NCBI GenBank assembly: GCA_003344405.1
Contig: NOWV01000017.1
Span: 496,001 to 560,000, forward strand
Direction of reading: 5' to 3'
Source of the DNA: Trichoplax sp. H2
Taxonomy: Eukaryota
DNA: 64,000 nucleotides
Position numbers and translations under genes: made by a program. Shown here piece after piece: positions 40,731 to 52,300 of this stretch (the stretch's first letter is position 1; each line of letters starts with the position of its first letter). The notes below the pieces were generated by a model, which made no database searches, was not told where the DNA came from, and saw only the letters and a program-made list of their open reading frames with translations.

Positions 40731-43700
40731 TGTTTTAATTAAAACAGGAAATTTACAAAGGCGATCAAGGAAAAAATAATCATAAATTTCCGCTATTTTA
40801 AAGCAGCTCAGAATCATGGAGTTTATAACTGATTTATAACGCCGTCCCATTATACTACGCTATAAGCTACATTTAAACAATAAATTTCTATTTTGCTTAT
40901 CTGTTAAAACGAAAATTATTTCAAGATTACGCTATTAAACAAATAAAATCTCATCGCTTGCGTTTTCTGATGAAATGTCAATCTTACATTTAGGAAATAG
41001 AGTCATTTGCGGTATAGGCAACAACATAGTCGAAAAATTGTCAATGCATTTTCAGATATTGTTCTGGTCTTCCACTAGAACAAATAAGACTTAAGTTATA
41101 TTTGGCCATTCATTTAGTAATACAATAATGATATTACACCTAGTCTTTGCTTTATTTTTGAAAAAACATACCATAGTTTATATCATTTGATAATATTTAC
41201 TAATACCAGTATCCGATAGCAGACGGTACATGGAAGATAGCAACCCTTTTCACATCTTCTATCTGCCACAATCAATTAAAATTAATACAGTAGTATATCA
41301 TTCAATAAAAGGATATTATTCATTAAATTTCTGCGTGTTACTTTAAAGTGTTAACAATATACTCTATATACTCTATGTATCTAAGAGAATCAACTATCTA
41401 CAAGAAGTGCAATAAATGAATGCTTCTCAATAGCTTTAAAATTTTAATATATTTTCAATGTTTTAATATTTTCTTATTAATATTAATGATTGGATTGCAT
41501 CAAAATAGCAAAGTTTTTTCGATAGTTCGAATTTGTTAAGATTTAAATTCTACCAAACGAGATAGTATTAGAAATAGAGTATAAAATCTTTCTTTAGCAT
41601 ATTTAATTTTAATAATTTTAATTTCAATCAAGTAGTAATTATGTACTTAGTTAGAAATAAAAATATACTGTGAATATTAGCCCAATTTTAGCCGCAAATC
41701 AGCATAGTTTACCGGTAGCAATCTTGCATAAAGTTAATAATATAGCGTGATTTTCAATGAATGGTTGAAAGTGTTACTCTTCAAGCTTGTAGACAGAAAA
41801 TGTAATGACAGCATTAGAAAGGTTTAATAGGAACGCTTATTAGTATTTTCAATTAAAATTAAAACCATTAGACACAGACTGATAGCTGATATAAAGTTTT
41901 GTTATTTATTGTTGAAGCATTTAAATCAAATAAAAGAATCAGGATAATCCAAAAGAAAAATAAGATCAGTCAATGAAATCTATACATATATTGTATCTTG
42001 AAAAATATTGAATTATTGTCATAGTAACAATTTGATTCAAAGATACATCATGTTTAGTGCTATTTTGTCTTTCATGGTTATTCTATTATACCTTACATCT
42101 TAATTAATTAAAGTATTAAGCTATTTCTTTTAGTTCTAAATCGTATTGTCGATATTTTGCTATTCTCTTCAAAGCATTATTGATTGTTACACCATCTAAT
42201 AAAATGTACTACTAAACATAGTCACTGGTGAATTCAATACATTGTCAATCGACTTTATCGGAGATGATTAATTTTGACAGGTGCATCACTTTGATTTTGC
42301 CTTGCTAATTCAAGGTCACGCTAACAAAATATAGGAGGCAATTTGATTGCAGTGACTATGATCTAATTCGATCCCTTCAATCAAGTAGATAGATAACGCA
42401 TTTAGAATAGATGATAAACATGAATCCATTGAATTAACTCTACGTATATAGCTTTCATGGTTATACCTTATCATCTTATAGTAAATGATTAAATTAGTGA
42501 CTGGCAACTACAACTAAATGACTTATTGATTGCAATATTTACAAGATTAATAGTATAGCTTATTCAGTAAAATAATCTCTTCTAGCCTAATACTACTCGA
42601 ACTAACTATTGATAATTATCCAAATTAGCTGTCATATATACAGCAGGTCAAGGTTACGTGAGAATTACAATTTTAACATACAAGTAGTGATTAAAACCAG
42701 ACCATCTCCAATACTAGTAACTTAATCAATAGCTAACGATAACCAGGCAATATTGACTTCATGTCGCCTTGATAGTATAGAATAGCGTCAATCAAATAGC
42801 GAGCAAAGGTTGTCAATTATCTCTTCATAGGATTGTGAGGATGTAGTCTGTCTAGGAATATGAGCAAAAGTGGTTTTGTACAGAGAATAGATCTTGAAAA
42901 TAATTACAAGCAACGGAAGTAAGATTTACGATTTGTTAACACTATTAATAAGACGACCAATGAATAGGATAAACGGCGCTTTGTAATTGAAAATAAAATC
43001 TATATATAATAGCTTCCAATTAATATATCGATCAGTTATGTATCCTTATATTTGAATAGAAAAATGCTATATTTTCAGTAATTAGTAATAGTTCCTACTA
43101 AAAAATGACATTACTCATCATTTTCGCAATTACATTTAATTTAAGGTAACATAGTATTCAATCCGTGTAGAAGAAATTTAGCACTAAAAATACTAATAAT
43201 AGTTTATAAAAATCGTTTAGAAGCAAATACTACGATTTTAAATGTTATCAAATCGTATGCAATCATTCAAATCATGATTTTCAATTTACCTATCCTGCAA
43301 AAGCTACTGTTTATTTGATAAATTTACATGTTTATCACATCCTATTGTGAGTCAAGAAGACGTGACTGAAACTTCCTCAAGGGTTAAGAGAAAAATAATG
43401 TAATATTGTTATAATGCTAGAGTGACTAGACAATTTAAATTTCTGAAACCAGATTAGATAAAAATAGCTAGATTATACCAATGCTCTTATGATATTTGCT
43501 TACATAACAGCAATAGTCTTCGATCATTTTTATGGTACAGGAGCATACTTAATGGCTTTGATGTAATCATTATTTTCTTCAGTTGATTGAAATCTAAAGT
43601 GGTATACTTATGAGTAGAATATTAAATTAAATAAATTTTTCAAGGAATTGCTGGTTAACTAAAAAAGTTGTATAAATGCGTAACGACAGCTTCTGGTAAT

Positions 43701-44559
43701 AAAATTAAACGTATTTATTACTAATAGAACCTGCAATTAAAGGTTACCTTTCTAATAAATGTATAAGTTCGATATCAGTTATTTGCCAACTTAATTAAGA
43801 AGTCATTATAACTCTTCTTTTAGTCTATAAAGATCATAAAAATAGAATTGAATCATTACACTTGGCAATTAATGTCACTTTATCTTTTCATAAGTTTTGA
43901 TTGATGGTAAGGATAATATTTTTATTACATGACGAACATCAATTTAAGTAGTATTCCGATATTATTGAGGTTCTTAGTAACTGTCAAACATTCATAGCAG
44001 ATTATTGTTCACTCTTTCTGAAAATAACCTCCTCGAAGAATAACTATATTTTCATTACTTATTTCCTAATAATTTCATGACATGAAATAAGTTTGCATTA
44101 ACCAGCTTTAAAATATGAAAAATGATACTTACTTTTAAAATCAATTTAGCATTGTCATTTTTCATAGGTAGTCTTATTGCATTTCTTAATTTCACCGGAA
44201 GTCATACTTTGATAAGACATAGAACTAAATTAAATTTGATTGGTAATGAGTCGATTAGTTACTAAGATCCCGACCTTTGATCGTATTGACTATTGTCGAG
44301 ATTGAATTCCATTACTACCGTATTATTTATATTCTAATAAATAATGACTGCTGATGATATGAAACTAAGCATGTCACTACTTATTTCAAGAAATAATTAC
44401 GTTATAAATTTATATTTCAATATCGCGAACTAAAGCGTTATTTACAACAATAATAAAGAGAATTTTTAGCTTGGTCTATAAATGTATAACGGTAAAATTA
44501 TATTCCAGTTTGGTATCTTATATTTTGCCCTAGAATTGAGCGCATCTTCTAACAAATAT

Positions 44560-44775
44560 TGGATATTAATTAAATGCAACTACATACCTTTACTGTGCTG
44601 TACTCAAGGGTTTTTGATGATCGATATTATTCATATCTGTTGGTCACGATTTATAGAAGAATTATTCAGGATATTAATTAAATGCAACTACCCACCTTTA
44701 CTATTCTCAAGCACTTATTGATGATCAATTCTATATTCCTATCGATCGGTCATAGTTTATGGAAGAATTGTTCTG
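44560..44775. repeat. Tandem duplication, ~108-bp unit, 2 copies
   Basis: ggatattaattaaatgcaactac at 44561 and 44669. Confidence 0.8.
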
Positions 44776-45974
44776 TAGGCTTTGCTTTTGCAAGCAATTT
44801 ATAGCTTCACACAGGATACTTTTGATGGAAAAACATTGTCCCTATTGACTGGCTTTTGTTTCAGATTTAAGCGCTCGAAATTACGGCAGTAATTTATAAG
44901 ATATAATCTAGGATAAAAATAACCACGGGTTAAAACTTTCCAGTTTTTATTTCTAATAAGTTGCAAAAAGCTTTCAAAGGTACAACGCGTAATATAATTA
45001 TATATTTTGGTATGTTTTTCGTTTGATATTTTCGCAGCAAAAAAGTAATTTTTGAAAGTATAGCACAGCAGTTAATCAAGGTTAGCATTTTCATAACTGC
45101 TGCAAAATGACTGTAAGAGCGTTTCAGCCTTTTCTATTGTAGTATAGAAATAATTCAAGATTGACTACAACTTTTTTTAAATTTAACAAAATAAAGTCTA
45201 TGTGGACAACAGTACTGTAGATGTTAAGAATTCTCGTTATTAATAGTTACAATTCGTACGTTATTATTAACAAGTTTTCCTTTTAATGATGGAGTAGTAT
45301 TTACTAAATTGCTATGCTATTCCTTCTATTTATTCTGTGAAGTTTATAATTATTAAAGCTATCACGTCCAAATTCTGTGTTGAAATAGTTACCAACGTAG
45401 ATAATATCGTATATATCAATAAATGCATTTTATGTTTACGATGGTAGGAAAAGTGCGATGACAACGTGTCAGCAATGTATGTGTGTCCTTCCATTAAATC
45501 AAGAATTCTTTATGTAAATATGGAAACAAATATCGTTAAAATATACGGTATTGTGCAAATATATTCATTATATATAATAAAACGACGAAGGTTATCATAT
45601 TAAATGAAATGGAAGACGAATGTAGATAATTTTCACAAATACGGTATAGTGATAGTATCTAAAGTAGACGCCGTCTGGAATTCATAGAAGAATGAGTTCT
45701 ACTATAAGTTATACAGTATATATATATATAACATCTCCCAATTACGTGTATTTTTTGTTTACATGCCTATATATAATAATAAAGGTGTGATTTCTAATTC
45801 TTATTTCATCAAGCTATAATAATCGGCTATATGTTGGTAAAATGATACCGTTGTTAACAACTGCGGCATCTACCAGTAAGGATAGTAAAGATATACAAGA
45901 TAGATATTTCCTTGTGCGACTTACGGTAAGGTAAAGTACTTCTTCATGCAACATATACTAATATGTGTGTTTAT

Positions 45975-46265
45975 TCATTAAAAGAAGGAATGGCATGACA
46001 AAATAGTCAATTTTCAATTTCTAGCTATACTAGTGAACGACACGAGTGAACAAGATGAAATTAGCTGAGATTTCAAATGGAAATCGCATTATCTTATTGG
46101 TCAGTCAGTACTATGCAACAGGATTATTCTATACTATGGATATTCGTTAAAAAGAGAATGACATGAGAAAATAGTCAATTTTCAATTTCTAGCTATACCA
46201 GTTCACGACACGAGTGAACAAGATGCGATTAGCTGTAATTACGGATGCAAATTGCGATATCTTAT
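45975..46265. repeat. Tandem duplication, ~168-bp period, 2 copies
   Basis: aaatagtcaattttcaatttctagctatac..acgacacgagtgaacaagatg at 46001 and 46169. Confidence 0.9.
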
Positions 46266-47279
46266 CGATCGCTATAGCTTTAAGTGATTGCAAAGTTAGC
46301 AAAATACTGTACTTTAAACAGTGAGGAAAAATAGGGCAAGTTAATATGCAATTTTTGCTTCTTTTCTAATTTCTGTCTTGAACTGTTTCATTGCCTTGAG
46401 CGAAATTGGTACTTTGTGTTTAGGATTGAATAAGGAATTTGCAGTCACTGTCATTACATTTCTTCTAAGTACAAATTTTGTATAATCGTGAAAGACTCGA
46501 AATTAGTGAATCTACAGTAAATCGGATGTTATTACATATTCTTGATCGAATTAAGTTTCTACTTGACATAACTAGTTCTGACAGACCACAGCATCAAATC
46601 AATAAGAGGGTAGGCCACTCGTATGTTGTGAACTCGTGACAGTTGCTGTTAAAAGATTTCAAACTACATGTTATATAAGCGTTTATGAATTCGTCAGTAC
46701 CCGATACGGTGAGCAAAAATCAATACATCTGCAGTCGAAGACATTGCTACTGTCTGCACACTGTAGAGAGAAAAATGAGAGTTTTTCTACACCGAAAAAT
46801 TGATGCTAACAAGCAAAAACATATAAGTGACGAAGATACGTGGTGGAAGAATCATCTGGCCTAAAACGGGCGTTATAGATATGCCATTTTTTTTCCCCCG
46901 TGGTTGCAATCTTAGCAGTTTAGACTCGTTTTTAGACTCTGAAGGTAACAAACTTTTATTAAAGTTGATCTTAACACTATTTGAGAACCACATACAGTAC
47001 AGCGTCACAGAACTAGAGACGGGTATCAACTGGCTATCAAAAAATTTTCATAGTTTATCTTTGGGAGACTCGTCCAATGCTGTCCCTCTCTATCACAATT
47101 GGTTAAAAATAACATGTGGCCGCAAATGAATGAAGTGTACATCATGCATACGACTGCTCCTTCGTCCCACAAAGTCTATTATCCCGATCATCATCTGAAA
47201 GAATCTGAATAGGTCAAATGACATATACCGTACAATTCGCGATCCTATTACATCTACTGTGCTTCAAGGATATTTAACA

Positions 47280-48850
47280 ACAAAAATTTCATGTATGCTT
47301 GTACAATACAGAACACTGTACGATGAAACATTTTGGAAGTCCCTGATGTACATACAGTACTATCATTACTTTACTGACATTTAGAATTTCTCATAGAGAT
47401 ACGATATTATACAGTACTGTACAGTGAACACTGTATGGTATAAGAAAATGAGAAAAGTAAGTGTGCAATGTGCAGTCGCAGACTATGCAGACTCGACAGC
47501 AGATTGAAGATTGAATGTCAGCAGAAGGCTACATGGAGGTACTTACTGTACGGTCTTTCAAAAGAAACTAAACATGACATGTACTGTACTTCTCAGTATT
47601 AGATAGCTCAAGGTACCCCATTACAGACTATTCCTGCGCATTAGCCCTAACCATTTTGCATCAATTACTTTGTACACTTCGTCTAAGCTGTCCTACTGAT
47701 CCATTAGACATGTATTGACATATCTAAAAAAAAATCCAGAAATCGTCCAATCTCACGTGGCGCGAATCAAATTTGTGTCCTGCACCATCGCCGTGCGATT
47801 GCTTGATTTAATTTGCACCGCGTGAGATTGGACGATTTCTGGATTTTTTGTAGATACTGTACGGTATGTCAAACCATGTCTAATGTACAGTACTGTACTG
47901 TACTGTACGTCCCCGGTCTTTTTAGACGGTAGGGAAGTTTTGAAGGAAAACGGGGGGGGGGAGGGTGAAATTTTTTCTTTAGCAGTCCTTGCTACTGCGC
48001 ATACTGTATCAAGTGTCTCCTAAGTCTTTCCCGATGATTGAAATTATTTGAAATTCTAATTTTAAAGTAGTGTACAGTACATGCTAATGTTGGGGTTAGG
48101 GTTACAGTATAGTACTGTACTGTAGACTGGCGCAGTTGACAGTGTGTTTCGAAGTTTTTTCAAACATTTCGATGGCAAAGTACTGTACACTGTACAGTAC
48201 TGTACGTTATTACGGTGGCCCAGAAGGGACACGCAGGGTTTTACGATGTTTGACCAACTGTAACAGGGTTAGGGTTAGGGTACAGTACTGCACGCTAAAA
48301 ACTGTGCAGTATTGTACTGTACACCGCAATAGTGCCCGCATGCGTGTCCTTTCTGGGCACAGTAGTACAGTACTGTACTGTACAGTACAGTGTACTGTAA
48401 GTTGTTCTTTTACAAGTTTTGCAATACAGTACAGTACTGTACTGTAAAACTCTCTCACACCTTGTACAGTACAGTATTTCCCCATTGATTGATTTACAGT
48501 ACATTGTACTGTATTTACTGTACTGTACAGTACAGTATTTATTTATTTACAGTACTGTACTACAGTGATTGGATTACTCGTAAAGTCACACTCACAACAA
48601 GACTCACAGTGCGCGATCAATTAATCATATTGAGTACTGAATATTACAGTACAGCATGGATGATACTGTAGTGTACAGTGTACAGTACTGTACATGATGC
48701 AACATGATTACGCCCCATCTTCTACTGTACTGTACTGTAGTGTAGTGCACAGTACAGTAGAAGACCCACTAGTCAACAGACCAGTATTTGGAAAACTATG
48801 CAAAAGTCATTCCCTGTAACTGTACGGTACCATGACGGTACAGTATCTGC
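47280..48850. repeat. Large TACAG/CTGTA pentamer-rich region upstream of BTAF1
   Basis: Dozens of tacag/ctgta units in both orientations, for example agtacagtactgtactgtacagtacagtgtactgta at 48364-48399. Confidence 0.93.
47702..47885. mobile_element. Long imperfect inverted repeat (hairpin), MITE-like
   Basis: The left arm cattagacatg..ttgacatatcta..aaaaaatccagaaatcgtccaatctcacg is the reverse complement of cgtgagattggacgatttctggatttttt..tagata..tatgtcaa..catgtctaatg. The loop is about 33 nt. The palindrome is certain; the MITE identity is inference. Confidence 0.55.
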
Positions 48851-48925
48851 ACGTGACAAGTTGCACTGACGTCAAAGGACTGTAGAAGGTTTGCCACCGT
48901 TATGTCGATGGATGGTATATAAATA
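48850..48925 (+). promoter_or_regulatory. Putative BTAF1 core promoter: E-box, CRE and TATA box
   Basis: CACGTGAC 48850-48857, TGACGTCA 48867-48874 and TATATAAATA 48916-48925, followed by a C-rich stretch and a gtgagt donor at 48995 (candidate non-coding first exon). Confidence 0.6.
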
Positions 48926-49358
48926 CAAACCTCCACTCTGCACTGACACTCGAACTCCGCATTCTACGCACTTGTACTACGCCGTCGCCGCTAGTGAGTC
49001 TTGACTGCACTCCATGGTAGTTTATAGTCATAGCCGTAAAAGACTGTACCTATCCAAGTTGACTTGTAGCGTTACCGCATTGACAGCAGTAAGCGAACGT
49101 ACTGTACATCAGTTTAGAGCGTAGGTTTCTATAATGAATTGTCAGTGATTCTTACTAGCAAGAAACGTTCAAGTACACTGTCCAAAGTAGTGAATGAGTA
49201 TTAGAATAATGCTGCATTTACCTGACACAAACACAATATTATAGTTTGTATCGATTTTAGAAATAGAAAGGCATCTTGGATACATTTACAAACACTAGCT
49301 TTTTATTGGAAATTGGTTGAATTCAAGCATTTCTACTTTATCCACTCAAAGAGAAGCA

Positions 49359-52300
49359 ATGGATACTAGGTATTTAAGCGATCATTTAGAAATGATGTTT
49401 TATTCTAAGTTAAATAAGGATCAGTAGGAGAAGAATTCTGAATGACTTTCGCAAAACGCCAACTTTGTTCTGTTCTACTGGTATTACAATAGTGTACGGT
49501 ACTGTACAGTATGATGTTGATATCATCTTATGGAGAGTATTGAACAGTTTTAATCATATCCATTTCGACCTCTACCTTTCCAAATTGAAAGTATTTCACT
49601 GTGATAACTTGCCACTGTATCATTGAACTTGTCATCATATCTGCCTGCTTTGGTGTTAACATCGTTGTTGTGGCTTCAATTTTATACAGGCTAGACAGGT
49701 TATTAATCTTACTCGACAGTGGTTCTCATTCAGCGATTAAGCGAGCTGCAGCGGTGCAGCTAGGAGATATAGTAAAACTTCATCCGGAAGAACTAGACAA
49801 CTTGCTCAACAAAGTAAGTCAAACCACAGTCTTCAGTACTGTACATACAGTACACTGTACTGTAACCTGTACTGGACGGTACAGTACAGTACAGTACAGT
49901 GTTTTTTATTCTCAAGTACTGTACTTTACAGTCAAGTACTGTAGTGAGCGGTAACATTAGACCCTTCAGCGCCTGCCTTCTCAACGCTTTACAATAATAA
50001 TTATTATTATTATTATTATAAAATGACAATATGGACAGTATAGAAATTTATGAAATTGCCGTAAATTGATCATGAGAATTACATTAAAGTCATTCTCATT
50101 TCAGAATGTGCAAACCATTTACAGTGAACACGTTCAACTTTATCATAAGTACACCCTAATAGCATCAAAATACCGTTCAAGCAATTACATCATGACATAA
50201 TGTGTACTGTACAGTACAGTGCAGTAATTAACTTGATGATTCTGTATGCACAATTGTTTGATGCGTTAGGTGCACTTATTTTAAAGGCATACCTAGTAAC
50301 GTTTACCAGATAGATATATCTATATCTTTAAGCGTGGATACAGTTCAATATAGTCATGCTTAACTACTTTACTCATAAATGCATTATAATAAAGTTATAT
50401 GTGTATTACTAGACGAATAGATACTGCTACTATTTACAGTGTATTTTGAGTATAATATTTCCTTTCATATTCTGGATGTGAATAGCGATCAACAAGTAGA
50501 GTGCCTGGAAAATGATATAGACAAGCATAAAAATACTAAAAATCGTACATCACAATAACAGAGGTACCACACTTATGGCTGTATTCTATTATACCAAATA
50601 TATGAGAATAGCTGCTAGATCGTGATGCAAACACTCTGCTAAGTTGAAGATGAAATCTACAATAACATATCTGCAGTTAGGCCACTCAATTCAGTAAAGT
50701 TTAGAGTACTCCTTCAATGATGTATTGCGTTAACAAAAATTCTAAATTATACATATGAATATTCGCATAAGTTGTAAATCACTATCATTGGAATAGATCC
50801 AATATACTAATAGCATGTTTCTAATCAAATTGGTTCAAATATCTTCGACTTATTTATTCCCAAATTATACCTTCTCTAAGTATTATAAATCTACCTGTTA
50901 GGTATTTGTTTATTTTACCAAAAAAAATTGGGATACTAGAATCGCTGCAGGCGAAGCTGTAGAAGCAATTGCTAAAAATGTACCTTTGTGGAATCCAAGT
51001 TTCAATTGTCGTAACAGTAAGTATACTTGAGCCTTCATATATCTGATTTCTATCGTTTCGAAGTAATTATTTATAAGGCAATCAACGAAGGAAGCTACTT
51101 TGCGACTAACTTCAATCTTTAATCATGCTAAAATTACAATATCTGTAACAAATATACAAAATGAAAATGACATTTTAAGGAGAATTGCTTTAAAAGCGAA
51201 TTTAATAACCCTGGTTACACCATAGCGACTAGCTTTGTGTATTGATTTTTTACGTCATATAACATCCTACTAATTGTATATATCCCTAATCATCTCATTA
51301 CTGATTACAATATGTAGATTTGCTTATTCAAATCTTTTACGTGCTGTTACAGGTACATCATTACCAAAAGTAAAGGGAGTCAATGTCGATAAATTTAACT
51401 TGACTCGTGTAATGCAATCTGCTTCTGTTATGGTATCATCTGTCCACGATAATGAAAGTGAACAACTAACAAGTAAAGACATACCAGTCAGTCAGCAAAT
51501 TGCCGAACAGAAAACAGCGTTAAAGAAGGTGTTTACTATTAAAGGAGCACCACAGGGTAAATATCCACATAAGTATGCAATGTATTAAATAATAATAGTA
51601 TGCTTATAGAAAATTATATAATATTTAGTATATTTAGTAAGGTTTAAAATAATACACTTTTTCTGTATATTTATTAACAATTTTACATTCTTCTCCGTTG
51701 TTTATACTTAGATGTATTTGGTACGGAAGAATTATTTGACGATAAAGATTTAGTTCTCCATTCTACTGAAGAACTATCAGGACGAGTTAGTCATACTCTT
51801 ATTCTTCTACATGGATACATATTATAGTGAACTAACCGCGCGAGTTGACATTTTATCTCAGCTTCACCTATCAATCATAGTATCTTACATCAATTAAACG
51901 AAATAGCTGTGATCATTAGATAATAATCTAAAATTATAAGATTAAAATAGTGATTTAATGCCATTATCATACAATTAAAATTAGGTATATAGGAGCCCAC
52001 TCAAAATTATCGAACAAGAAATTACTGCAGCTTTAGTAGTAGATAACTTTCCTATTGCACCACTAAAGAGAAGAGCCGATAATGAAGTTGCCGAGCTACC
52101 AGTAGCAAAAAAAATGTATGTTACACTACTAATTTTGTTTTAAGCATAAATTAAGATATCAAGGACAATACTATTAATTATTATCAAACTCATTTACTAG
52201 GCATTTAAAAGTAGATATGGAAGGGATGGAACAGGTAGTCAAGGGTGATGGAGAGGCTATAATAACTAAAGATCAGGTAGCAATATATCTGATTTTAGCG

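Noticed and set aside
46787-47129. 100-aa (+) and 80-aa (-) ORFs
   Set aside because: Non-ATG starts, no recognisable motif and no supporting in-frame exons.
48136-48671. Overlapping 60-103 aa ORFs rich in YSTV/CTVQ (also 6624-6893 and 49793-50029)
   Set aside because: These are translation artefacts of the TACAG pentamer tracts, not proteins.
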